DNA of 64,000 bases from an uncultured Pelagibacteraceae bacterium (GTDB lineage Bacteria > Pseudomonadota > Alphaproteobacteria > Pelagibacterales > AG-422-B15): NCBI GenBank assembly GCA_902598405.1, contig CACKBQ010000005.1, forward strand, positions 3,013 through 67,012, read 5' to 3'. Shown piece after piece: positions 1 through 8,865 of this stretch. Positions within the stretch are counted from its first letter, which is position 1. The number at the start of each line of letters is the position of its first letter. A program made the position numbers and the translations under genes. The notes beneath the pieces were generated by a model. It ran no database searches, was not told the DNA's origin, and was given only the letters and a program-made list of their open reading frames with translations.

Positions 1-561
1 TTGCTTTCTTTTGCGGCTTACGCCCAAAGCTCAGAGTTCGCTCAAGAAGAAGAGTTTGTTTCAAACTTTGCAGATCAAGCGATTGAGATTTTGAGTGACG
101 AGGGTATTAGCGAAAATGATAAAACGTCTCGTTTCACCAATGTGGTAATGAATGCAATTGACCTAAATTTAATTTCAAAATTCGTACTCTCTAAAACTTG
201 GAAAAATTCAACAGATGAACAAAAAGAAAGATATTTGATTGCATTTAAAGATTATTTTATCAACTCCTATGCAAATAAGCTTGATCAGTACTCTGGAGAG
301 CAAGTTCAAATTGTTGGGTCTGAAGCTGCAGGAAAATACGTAATTGTTGAAAGTAATATTGTACGAGAAGGAACTGATACTTTAAAAATAAATTTAAAAT
401 GGAGACTGATTAATAGAGACGGTGATATAAAGATAATTGATCTGAATATTGAAGGTATCAGTCTTGTAATTGCACAAAGAGAAGAGTTTCAGTCATTTCT
501 AGCAAATAACGATAATGATATTGAGAAATTAATCGATAAGATTATTACTGTTTCTGATTAA
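1..561 (+). CDS. MlaC/Ttg2D-like periplasmic phospholipid-binding protein; the 5' end may lie outside the window
   Basis: The ORF is open to the window edge. Its pattern (KTSRF..V....D...ISKFVLSKTW...T.EQ...Y...F..Y....YA.KL..Y.GE.V) is typical of the toluene-tolerance Ttg2D/MlaC family. Confidence 0.6.
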   Translation: MLSFAAYAQSSEFAQEEEFVSNFADQAIEILSDEGISENDKTSRFTNVVMNAIDLNLISKFVLSKTWKNSTDEQKERYLIAFKDYFINSYANKLDQYSGEQVQIVGSEAAGKYVIVESNIVREGTDTLKINLKWRLINRDGDIKIIDLNIEGISLVIAQREEFQSFLANNDNDIEKLIDKIITVSD

Positions 562-571
562 TTCTTCGAAA

Positions 572-943
572 TTATTTTGACGGCAAGCCACTTGGTTTCC
601 AACCAATAACAAATCCATCCTCAACATTGTAAAGATTTTGATAACCATTTGACTCTAATATTAAAGCAGCATGCATGGACCTTGCTCCTGACTTACAAAT
701 AAAGTAAATTTCTGAATTTTTTAAAATTCCATAAGAATTGAATTGATCCAAAAAATTAGTGTTTTCATCACCTTCTTCATTAATGAGTGTTAATTCTATA
801 TATCGAGCATCAAAAGAGTCTTCATCTACTCTTCCAAATGTTTCCCATTCGTAAGGTGTGCGTACATCAACTAGATATGCATCTTTATTTTCTTTAATTG
901 TGCTATAACAATTTTCTGCAGATATATTTTTTATATTACTCAT
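572..943 (-). CDS. Single-domain rhodanese-like sulfurtransferase
   Basis: 123 aa with the active-site loop 'CKSGARS' and an LVDVRTP.E motif, both typical of rhodanese domains. Confidence 0.8.
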   Translation of the reverse strand: MSNIKNISAENCYSTIKENKDAYLVDVRTPYEWETFGRVDEDSFDARYIELTLINEEGDENTNFLDQFNSYGILKNSEIYFICKSGARSMHAALILESNGYQNLYNVEDGFVIGWKPSGLPSK

Positions 944-945
944 TA

Positions 946-1185
946 CTATGATTTCTGATTAGATGATTTAAATCGATCTGAAATTGGACTAATTTTAGTT
1001 TTTCTCCCCCTTACTCGCTTTCTCCACATTAAAAAAGAGGACCTTTTCATATTTTCTTTCATTAATTTAATAACTTCTTTCTCTTGTATTCCAAATTGTT
1101 TCCTAATATCAGCGAAAGTTGTTCTATCTTCCCAGGCCATTTCTATAACGCGATCGATGTCTGACTGCGATAGTTTATTGTCCAT
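946..1185 (-). CDS. DUF2805 / TIGR03643-family small protein
   Basis: 'MAWEDRTTFADIRKQFGIQEKEVIKLMK..M...SF..WRKRV.GRKTK' matches my memory of this family. I chose the ATG at 1185 (MDNKL...), 1 nt after the upstream stop, over the TTG at 1197. Confidence 0.65.
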   Translation of the reverse strand: MDNKLSQSDIDRVIEMAWEDRTTFADIRKQFGIQEKEVIKLMKENMKRSSFLMWRKRVRGRKTKISPISDRFKSSNQKS

Positions 1186-1186
1186 T

Positions 1187-1975
1187 TTAGGTTGCAATTT
1201 TTACAGCTTGAAAATTACCAGGGCGATGTTCCCCTTTTTCCACAACGCCAAGAAGTTTTTCCCATATTTCCAGTGCACCGTCTGCCTCTTCTTTTCCTAT
1301 TAGATTTACAACATCATCATAAAGTGGCCCTCTTATATCTGATATTTCAGTCTTAACTTTTTCGAGGTACCATTTATTACGATCATTTAGTGAGAGAACT
1401 TTAAATCCTGTTTCTTTTAAAAGACTTTCGTACTTTTCTAATGAGCACATAAACATATCGAGGCCTTCTGCAGCAATATATTCTTTCATCTGCTCCGATG
1501 GTTCGTTGTCATCATTTCTCATCCAATCACCAACCGCAAGAATACCATCGTCAGCTAAGATCTCATTTATCTCTTTGAGCAAGTTTTTTTTATCGATAAT
1601 ATGTAAAAATGCTTCTTTACTAAATACCGTCTCAAAACTTTTATCTTCAAATTTATATTCACCTGGCTTCGTACAAATAAATTTTGCTTTATCAGATAAA
1701 TTTTTCTTTAACGCTAAATTATTTGCTGTTTCAATTACTAACGGTTCTGGATCTATTCCAATAACTTCCTTTGCACCATATTTTTCAATCATATGAAAGA
1801 CTGCACCGCCCGTTCCACATCCAATATCCAGAACTTTTTTATTTTTTAGATTTAATCCTTTTAAAATCTGATCAATTTCTTCTGTCCCGCCAGGTGATAG
1901 AAAACCCTCGCCCCAAACAGTTTTGAGCATATTAAGTTGTTTGGGGCCGTAATGTCCTTCATCAGTTAAGCTCAT
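1187..1975 (-). CDS. Class I SAM-dependent methyltransferase (phosphoethanolamine/sarcosine-type N-methyltransferase-like)
   Basis: 262 aa with SAM motif I 'VLDIGCGTGG' and a downstream 'LAVGDW' post-I/II pattern. Confidence 0.8.
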   Translation of the reverse strand: MSLTDEGHYGPKQLNMLKTVWGEGFLSPGGTEEIDQILKGLNLKNKKVLDIGCGTGGAVFHMIEKYGAKEVIGIDPEPLVIETANNLALKKNLSDKAKFICTKPGEYKFEDKSFETVFSKEAFLHIIDKKNLLKEINEILADDGILAVGDWMRNDDNEPSEQMKEYIAAEGLDMFMCSLEKYESLLKETGFKVLSLNDRNKWYLEKVKTEISDIRGPLYDDVVNLIGKEEADGALEIWEKLLGVVEKGEHRPGNFQAVKIAT

Positions 1976-2236
1976 ATTATTAATGATATGTTTTAGATGA
2001 TCTAATTGTTTTGTTTAAGTCAATTAAACTTAAATTACATTTTCTTTTGATGACTAGCTTAATTACAGGTGGAAGTAAATTTTTAAACTTTACTCGCCTT
2101 ACTAAAATATCTTGCTGCTTCATCATATGACCTATTTGCGTAAAATTTAGAAATACATAAAAGCGTTAAGTGCAATGGTATGCCAAATAACAGCTCTGGT
2201 AGATCTAAATGCATAAAAAGATTTTAACCTGATTTA

Positions 2237-2530
2237 TCAGCTATAATCAAGAACAACCGTTCCTGAAACAGGATCAGTTACACCTAATTCAGGAGATAAT
2301 TCCTCTAGTAAGTGTCTCACTTTATCTAAGTTTCCAATCATATTTTCTCTTTGCGAGGCAATGGCTTCTTCCGATTCCCAAATACCAATAAAACAATATG
2401 TACGGTCTCCTGTTTTGAAAAGACGACTCATTTTCTGCCCTGGTAAATTTTCAAAACTTTTGTTTATTTCTAAGTATTCTTCTTCACAACCTTCTTTAAC
2501 TTTAAACCTCACGGCATTACAAAATTCCAT
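2237..2530 (-). CDS. Small hypothetical protein, possibly ABM/Dabb ferredoxin-like fold
   Basis: A 97-aa ORF in the same orientation as its neighbours. It has only weak family resemblance (F.VKEG.E..Y......W.S.EA). Confidence 0.35.
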   Translation of the reverse strand: MEFCNAVRFKVKEGCEEEYLEINKSFENLPGQKMSRLFKTGDRTYCFIGIWESEEAIASQRENMIGNLDKVRHLLEELSPELGVTDPVSGTVVLDYS

Positions 2531-2561
2531 ATTATTACTCCTTTATTTTTAATTTATTAAA

Positions 2562-3734
2562 TTATGCATAAATTTCGTTCTCAAAAGCAACAACCATTTC
2601 ATGCCATTCTTTGTCATTATAGGGATAGAAGTTAGAAAAGATCAAGGCTCCCTTCTGTTTTTCTAAATTAAAACTAAAGAATGTGCATGCAGCGCCTCCA
2701 TGAGCAATGGATCCAACGGGCCTTGAGTCATTTGGATCGAAAGAAATTGTTAAACCTAACCCATATCTATTCATTTTATTTTTTAATCTCCCATTTTCAC
2801 CCATTATGAAATTATAATTATCATCTCTCTCAAACATTTGATCAAATTTTCCTGGCTTTATCATTTCATTAAAACTTGACTCAGAAATAATTTGCTTATT
2901 GTTATAGCTGCCTTTGTTCATTAAACATTTCACAAAATTTGCATAGTCATTAGGCGAACTAAATATTTCAGTTCCCCCATAGTAAGATTTTCTCCAAAAC
3001 CTGAGATAAGGCTGACCTTTGAAAGGCATTTTTCTTATCACTTTAGATTTTTTTCCCTGTCTGATTCCTAAAGGTACAATTTTATCTCTCTTTTCTCTAG
3101 GAATGGTAAAAAATGTATTTTTCATATCCAATGGATTAAAAATATTTTCTTTGCAATATTCTTCTAACGACTGACCTGTAACTTTTTCAATCATCATGCC
3201 TACAAAACCAAGACCAGTTCCATATTTAAAATCTGTTCCTGCTTCGAAGAGTCTTGGTCCTTTTGAAAAAGGATAAATGTATGTGATTATACCTTTTAAA
3301 AATAATAATATTTTCATAGAAATTGATAAATCTTTTATTTTCTTAGAAGTAATCATCATCAATGAATTATACGCGAAACCTGATGTATGCGACATTAGAT
3401 GACGTAATGTTATTGATTTAGATTGCTTAACCAATTTACTATCAGCGTTTAGTACTGGTATTTCTTTAATCTCTGGAAGAACCTCTTCAACAGGCGAGTC
3501 TAAATTTAACTTACCTTTTTCTACTAATTGCATTGCGGCCAAAGCTGTAATCGGCTTACTCATCGACATCAACCTAAATATATAGTCACCATTTAAATCC
3601 TGGTTATTGTTCCAATGAGATTTGCCTAAAGAAATAGAATTACTCTCAAATTCATTACCATTTTTTTTTAGATATATAAAATGGCAATTCTTTACTGAAT
3701 TTTCATTGAATAATTTTTGAACTTTCTCAAACAT
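2562..3734 (-). CDS. Serine hydrolase of the beta-lactamase/esterase family (class C-like)
   Basis: 390 aa with the S-x-x-K nucleophile motif 'SMSKPIT' followed by 'LMSHTSGF', as in the EstB/AmpC-like family. Confidence 0.75.
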   Translation of the reverse strand: MFEKVQKLFNENSVKNCHFIYLKKNGNEFESNSISLGKSHWNNNQDLNGDYIFRLMSMSKPITALAAMQLVEKGKLNLDSPVEEVLPEIKEIPVLNADSKLVKQSKSITLRHLMSHTSGFAYNSLMMITSKKIKDLSISMKILLFLKGIITYIYPFSKGPRLFEAGTDFKYGTGLGFVGMMIEKVTGQSLEEYCKENIFNPLDMKNTFFTIPREKRDKIVPLGIRQGKKSKVIRKMPFKGQPYLRFWRKSYYGGTEIFSSPNDYANFVKCLMNKGSYNNKQIISESSFNEMIKPGKFDQMFERDDNYNFIMGENGRLKNKMNRYGLGLTISFDPNDSRPVGSIAHGGAACTFFSFNLEKQKGALIFSNFYPYNDKEWHEMVVAFENEIYA

Positions 3735-3788
3735 TCAAAAATTTTACAAAAATAGTTGTTTTTTGAAAGGATAAATATTCAGTCTAAT

Positions 3789-5111
3789 TTATTTCCATGA
3801 TACGCGAGCAAATGTTCTTGTTGAGCAATAAAAAATGTCATTGTTTAAGCCTGGTGTTAAAAACATGCCATTGGCGAGAGGTGAATTGAGTGCAACCTTT
3901 GAGAGTATTTCTCCACTAGATAGGTCTATTACCACTAAGTGATCGTCATTATTTTCGAAACTATTAATTACTAACTCTTTGCTTTCAGGAAACACAACTG
4001 GTTGCATTGTTGGTCTAAGACTATCAATCTTCCATGATATTTTTAACGATTTATTTGACGTATCAATGCCTGCTATGCCACCATTTATACTATCCCAGCA
4101 TACACAGATATTGCATTCGGGAATATTTACGGGTGGTGCAATAATACCCCCTCCACGATGTTCAAATGGTTCGATATATTCAAATTGTTCTGACTTTAAA
4201 TCAAATCTATAAAGCCTTTGCTTGCATGACCAAGGAGCAGGACGTCTCCAACTTAATTCTTTTGGTGCAGTTTTAAATCTACCATTTGGATGAGTTGAAT
4301 AAATCGCTCTTAATGAGTCGATGTCACCGTTATTCATCAGCCAGAGTGATCCATCTGATATACAACCATCCCATGATAACCCTTGATCATCATTTGATTT
4401 CCTATAATTAGGTGACCATTCTGAAGTAACTTCTAGATCGTTAGGTAGAACTTTTATTTTCCATATTTTTTCGATACCTGGAATAAAAATGAACTCACCA
4501 TCCTCTGTTTTGTCTGAGGCAATTCTTCCCATAGATCCTTCAGGCAATTGTATGGGTTCATGTAAAACATCTAGATTTTGATCTAATCTTGTAATTGTGG
4601 AACAACCTTGACCTTCTAAACGCAAATCTTTAGTTACGATTGTTCCATCTGATAATACTAGTAAACCGTTATGTGCCTGATTAATGGGTAATTTTGTTTC
4701 TTTAATCACTTCGCAATCTTTTGAAATACTATGCATGTAGTTTCCATTAACCTTGATGATATTGCCATTTTGATGTGCTGCGATAGCGCCGCACCAGACG
4801 TGATCACCGCATGGTAATTTTGGTGTTTCACCTAATATTTCCAAAGATTCAGGTTCAATTTTTTGAAGCCATCCAAATGGTTCTGGACCAGTAAAGCTTG
4901 GCATCGTACCGCCTAAAAAAATTTCATTATTATCGCGATAAATTGTCATAACATTCCACCGTTCATTTCGTATGCTTTGTACAACAGCTTTTTTTTCTCG
5001 AGCGTTTAACGATCCTTTGGTTGCCTTTTGGCGTCGATTTCCGCCACATTCAACAGGCCAATGAGATTTATAGTATCCCTCAAGTATGGATGATCTGTCT
5101 TGGGCAGTCAT
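3789..5111 (-). CDS. Hypothetical 440-aa protein, probably a beta-propeller-like enzyme of unknown family
   Basis: A long ORF whose ATG overlaps the upstream GST stop by 1 nt (TAATG). It has repetitive beta-strand-like segments (GNIIKVNG, DGTIVTKD, DGSLWLMNNGD, HLVVIDLSSGEIL). I recognise no named family. Confidence 0.5.
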   Translation of the reverse strand: MTAQDRSSILEGYYKSHWPVECGGNRRQKATKGSLNAREKKAVVQSIRNERWNVMTIYRDNNEIFLGGTMPSFTGPEPFGWLQKIEPESLEILGETPKLPCGDHVWCGAIAAHQNGNIIKVNGNYMHSISKDCEVIKETKLPINQAHNGLLVLSDGTIVTKDLRLEGQGCSTITRLDQNLDVLHEPIQLPEGSMGRIASDKTEDGEFIFIPGIEKIWKIKVLPNDLEVTSEWSPNYRKSNDDQGLSWDGCISDGSLWLMNNGDIDSLRAIYSTHPNGRFKTAPKELSWRRPAPWSCKQRLYRFDLKSEQFEYIEPFEHRGGGIIAPPVNIPECNICVCWDSINGGIAGIDTSNKSLKISWKIDSLRPTMQPVVFPESKELVINSFENNDDHLVVIDLSSGEILSKVALNSPLANGMFLTPGLNNDIFYCSTRTFARVSWK

Positions 5112-5965
5112 TATTTTGAAAGCAGAGCTTTAATTGACTTTCCGCTTAAAGATGTTGATGTCTTAGCGTAAAGCCTAATTAGCTTTAGAGGGAGCGGATC
5201 ATTAACCTCTTTAAAAAATTCTTTTCGAGAATAAAGGTCAAGAAACCATGCAGATATTTTTGGATAACGTTCTTTAAATGGAAATCCTGAGACATAAAGT
5301 CTGTATGTATAAATAAACCAGGCAAGATCAAGCATTGAAAGATCACTGCCCATTAAGTATTTTTGCTTATTTAAAAGTGATTCATATTTATCATAACATT
5401 TACAAAAATTATTGAGCGAGTTTCTAACCGCTTCATCAGTTATTCCATTTTCACTAAATGACTTATAAAACTTTACTTCTTTTAATTTTAGATAGTCCAA
5501 CTCACTATTAGATGATTTATATTTCGCAAAGGCATCTAATTTATTAGGGTCTTTTTTGCCAAGTCCACCAAACATGTATCGATAAGCAATATTTCTTATA
5601 TCCTCATGCAAATCATCTTCTTCTTTCAGTAACGTGCTAATTTCTGTTGTATCAGAGTCAGGAACAAGTGAGATTTCAGGGAATTTATTCTCGAGATACA
5701 TAAGAATATCATTACTCTCAATTTCTACACGACCATCATCCACGAGAACAGGAATCAGGCCTTTAGGATTGATACCTAGAAAAAATTCTGAATAGTTTTT
5801 ACCTGTAGCAAGATTAATGCTGTGAGGTGTCCATGAAATTTTTTTTAAGTTTAAATAGATCCTAAGTTTTTGTGAACATGATGAAGTTCTAAAATGAAAC
5901 AAATGCAAACCCTTCCAATTTAGTATTTCTCTAGTTTTGATTTGATCGCTTGGAATTTGAACCAT
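5111..5965 (-). CDS. Glutathione S-transferase-like protein (long, GDAP1/omega-like)
   Basis: It has an N-terminal thioredoxin-like GST fold: 'SSCSQKLRIYL...INPKGLIPVLVDDG..I.ES.DIL.YLE'. An alpha-helical C-terminal domain follows. Confidence 0.65.
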   Translation of the reverse strand: MVQIPSDQIKTREILNWKGLHLFHFRTSSCSQKLRIYLNLKKISWTPHSINLATGKNYSEFFLGINPKGLIPVLVDDGRVEIESNDILMYLENKFPEISLVPDSDTTEISTLLKEEDDLHEDIRNIAYRYMFGGLGKKDPNKLDAFAKYKSSNSELDYLKLKEVKFYKSFSENGITDEAVRNSLNNFCKCYDKYESLLNKQKYLMGSDLSMLDLAWFIYTYRLYVSGFPFKERYPKISAWFLDLYSRKEFFKEVNDPLPLKLIRLYAKTSTSLSGKSIKALLSK

Positions 5966-6132
5966 TATTTTCCTTCCTTATTGTTTTGTTTAGTAACAAG
6001 GTAAGCCAGTACAAGAATTACAACCGTACCTGTCATCATTGAAATATCTACCGACAGACCAAAGCTTAATAAAATAAAACCTATTAGGGCACCTACAAAA
6101 AATACGCCAAGAATCTGTAATACATTTTTCAT
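5965..6132 (-). CDS. Unlisted 55-aa predicted membrane mini-protein
   Basis: My own translation of the minus strand gives MKNVLQILGVFFVGALIGFILLSFGLSVDISMMTGTVVILVLAYLVTKQNNKEGK*. That is two hydrophobic helices and a basic tail. The ATG lies 3 nt after the transporter stop, and the stop overlaps the GST ATG by 1 nt. It is below the 60-aa cutoff of the ORF track. Confidence 0.45.
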   Translation of the reverse strand: MKNVLQILGVFFVGALIGFILLSFGLSVDISMMTGTVVILVLAYLVTKQNNKEGK

Positions 6133-6135
6133 TAA

Positions 6136-7740
6136 TTATTCATTCGTTTTTAGACTAGTTTTCTGAATGATTATAACAGAAATTGTTGGTATCAAAAGTG
6201 TGAGCAGAGTTACAACAATCAATAAAACACCAAGGTCAGAATAATCAGCTATGGAGAGTATTTCATTTGTGACTTTATCCTTGACTTCCCTCGTTACTTC
6301 GTAAATTTGATTGAGATACTTTGTAAGCAACGCACTTGCGGATAGAGCTAAATTGGTAAACGATGCAAAGACAGCAAAAAATGTAGCCTTTAGATGAGCT
6401 GGAGCATTTCTTGCAATCCACGCAAGAAGTGGAATCATTGAAACTTGTCCCAAAGGTGACTCTAAAGCTGTATTAAATATTGCAATAAATCGCGCATCCA
6501 CAACATCATTTGTTAATGACGAGGTCCATTCATGAAATCCATAATACATGCCAACACTTGGCAAAAATAATATTGCTCCAGCAATTGATAATATCACTAT
6601 AATTTTTGCAATTGAGTTATTGACCATGAAAGGCCTTAAAATAATGATGCCAAGTAAAGTCAAACAGGAAGCAAGAAGAGAAAGCACAGAAAAGAACTGC
6701 TCATCAAATCCTAAATTATCAATCTCAAACCAGGTAAGTCCTGGGCCTGGGCCTGGCATGGCTCTGAAAATAAATATTATAATTGCAGTTCCCAAAATTG
6801 TGAGTCGCATCGACTCTGGAAGTTCACGCATTAGTTTAGCCATCAGAAAAAATATAATACTTACTGATCCAAAGAATACGATCTCTTGCGCATACGGAAG
6901 ATTAAATCCTCCCACGCTAAGTGTAAAAATTACAAAAACGAGAGAGCCTCCAAGTATCCACCAATCAACCTTAGTTTTTTCAATTTCGATTTGATGATCT
7001 ATTCCCAACTTTAAAAGTTGATCGTTTTTTTTCTTTTTTAAATAAATTGAAAGCAATACCCCTAATACTGATATGATCGGAATGATCAATGCGAAGAGGT
7101 AAATATTCCCGTACAAAATTATTTTTTCTTGTTCTGTTTCAGCCTCAACACTACTGAAAATAACAACATTAATTAATGCAACAATTACTGTACCACCAAT
7201 AATAGCAAATCTACCAAGTGTCTGCATGGTGGTATGCATATTTTTTATTACATCAGGTGAGTATTGGTTTCCTTTCGGATCTATGTTTGGAACTGCTTCA
7301 ACCGTCATTGCATCAGCAACAACGTCTTGGACCACATAACCTATCGGAGCTAAGAGAACGCTGATAACATACCAAGTTTCAACACTTAAGTACCTTACCA
7401 TAAAGTCAGTATGAATAATAAGGCCGTACATGATAGCAAGACTTAAAGCAATGAGTGATGCGCCTACATAAACAAGATAATTTTTTCTTTCCCAGATTAT
7501 GTCAACTAAATGACCAAGTGGCATCTTTAATGCCCATGGAATTCCTGCCCAAAAACCAAGTCCTGCCAAAAAAGCAGCCGAAAGATTTAGATAATCTTTT
7601 ACAAAAAAGGTTCCAACGATTCCGGTTAAACCCGAAACACCGGCAGCAACATATATCATCAAGGGCGGTATATAACTTAATTTAAATTGCCTACCTAAAT
7701 CAATAAAAGTGCTGTCTATGAACGCATAAAATTTACTCAT
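6136..7740 (-). CDS. Folate-biopterin transporter (BT1)-like MFS permease
   Basis: 534 aa with about 12 hydrophobic segments. The N-terminal 'P.LM.Y.A.G...L......F.KD.L.LS......L......PW..K...G.L.D' pattern resembles the BT1 family. Confidence 0.6.
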   Translation of the reverse strand: MSKFYAFIDSTFIDLGRQFKLSYIPPLMIYVAAGVSGLTGIVGTFFVKDYLNLSAAFLAGLGFWAGIPWALKMPLGHLVDIIWERKNYLVYVGASLIALSLAIMYGLIIHTDFMVRYLSVETWYVISVLLAPIGYVVQDVVADAMTVEAVPNIDPKGNQYSPDVIKNMHTTMQTLGRFAIIGGTVIVALINVVIFSSVEAETEQEKIILYGNIYLFALIIPIISVLGVLLSIYLKKKKNDQLLKLGIDHQIEIEKTKVDWWILGGSLVFVIFTLSVGGFNLPYAQEIVFFGSVSIIFFLMAKLMRELPESMRLTILGTAIIIFIFRAMPGPGPGLTWFEIDNLGFDEQFFSVLSLLASCLTLLGIIILRPFMVNNSIAKIIVILSIAGAILFLPSVGMYYGFHEWTSSLTNDVVDARFIAIFNTALESPLGQVSMIPLLAWIARNAPAHLKATFFAVFASFTNLALSASALLTKYLNQIYEVTREVKDKVTNEILSIADYSDLGVLLIVVTLLTLLIPTISVIIIQKTSLKTNE

Positions 7741-7756
7741 TCTGTAATTATACAGA

Positions 7757-8317
7757 TTAAGATTTATCTAACAACTCAGGGCTATTGTTACGAGGACTAT
7801 TAACATTTTTTGAGACTTCATAAACTTGAACTTGATCGTCTTTTTTTCTTTTAATTTCATGCTTTCCTTCTATCCATTCAGTTGTTTGAGATTCATCTAA
7901 AAGCAAAGGTTGTCTATGATGCACATGAGAGACAGTTTCACTTGACTGGCAAGTTACAACTGCACATCCACTATTCAAATTATAAATACCAGCGAAATAC
8001 AGCAATTCATTTTCAATATAATGGAAAAAAGGCGTTTTAGTATTGTTTTGCCTTTGCCATTCATACCACCCATTTGCAAGAAAAACACATCTAAGTGATC
8101 CCTTAAAAGAAGGCTTTTCTAGTAATGTTTCGTGACGACAATTAATCAAGTTCATATCATCTTTCCATTTTGGTGAATATGACCATTTCATAAAAACGGG
8201 ATCTGGTTTTATAACCAGTACATCTTGTGAAGGAGCTACATTATATGAGGGTGCTAGTTCAACATTAAATTTATCTTTAATAACTTTTTTGTCAGAGAGA
8301 ACAAAACGCCCACACAT
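7757..8317 (-). CDS. SOS-response-associated peptidase (SRAP/YedK/HMCES family, abasic-site processing)
   Basis: It has the invariant N-terminus 'MCGRF' and a 'YNVAPSQ' motif. Confidence 0.85.
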   Translation of the reverse strand: MCGRFVLSDKKVIKDKFNVELAPSYNVAPSQDVLVIKPDPVFMKWSYSPKWKDDMNLINCRHETLLEKPSFKGSLRCVFLANGWYEWQRQNNTKTPFFHYIENELLYFAGIYNLNSGCAVVTCQSSETVSHVHHRQPLLLDESQTTEWIEGKHEIKRKKDDQVQVYEVSKNVNSPRNNSPELLDKS

Positions 8318-8319
8318 AA

Positions 8320-8865
8320 TTAAACAATAAGTTCGTTAATTAATTTGAGTCGGTCTTGAGATTTTTTACTTGTTGGGATAATTTCCAGAATTCTTTTATA
8401 CGTTGCTGCAGCTCCCAAAAGATCATCCTGAATTAAATAGATTTCCGCAAGTCCATCAAGTGCTCCAAAGTGTCTTGGTTCTAGTTCAAGAGTTTTTTGG
8501 ATATCAGAAATTGAAGCCTCTAAATCACCTTTTAAAAAGAGAACAGTAGCTCTTTTGTTCCAACCTTCTGCAAAATCAGGTTTAAGATCAATTACCTGCG
8601 TAAATAAAGCTATTGCTTCTTCTAAACTTCCACGATCCATCATTTTGTTGCCTTCATCAAATATTTTTTGGGCTTCAACATTTTCTGCAATAGACCATAT
8701 ATTCCAAATGTCAGCTAAAATAGAACTGGCTTGCATATTGTCATTACTTAGAAATAACTCATCAAACAAACTGTTCAATCGACTGTCTTTTTGGTCTGCA
8801 AAAACAAAAGATGAATGAAAAAGTACCAGTATTAAAATAATTTTTTTCAATCCAGATCTTTCCAA
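8320..8865 (-). CDS. Exported tetratricopeptide-repeat protein
   Basis: A signal-like N-terminus (LILVLFHSSFVFA) is followed by TPR-type helices (A...F.....L.P.F.E.W...A....). Confidence 0.7.
   Translation of the reverse strand: MERSGLKKIILILVLFHSSFVFADQKDSRLNSLFDELFLSNDNMQASSILADIWNIWSIAENVEAQKIFDEGNKMMDRGSLEEAIALFTQVIDLKPDFAEGWNKRATVLFLKGDLEASISDIQKTLELEPRHFGALDGLAEIYLIQDDLLGAAATYKRILEIIPTSKKSQDRLKLINELIV

Noticed and set aside
2083-2214. 43-codon minus-strand ORF in the 1976-2236 spacer.
   Set aside because: It is too short and has no recognisable motif or convincing ribosome-binding context, so I do not report it as a feature. It is mentioned only as a possibility within the spacer finding.
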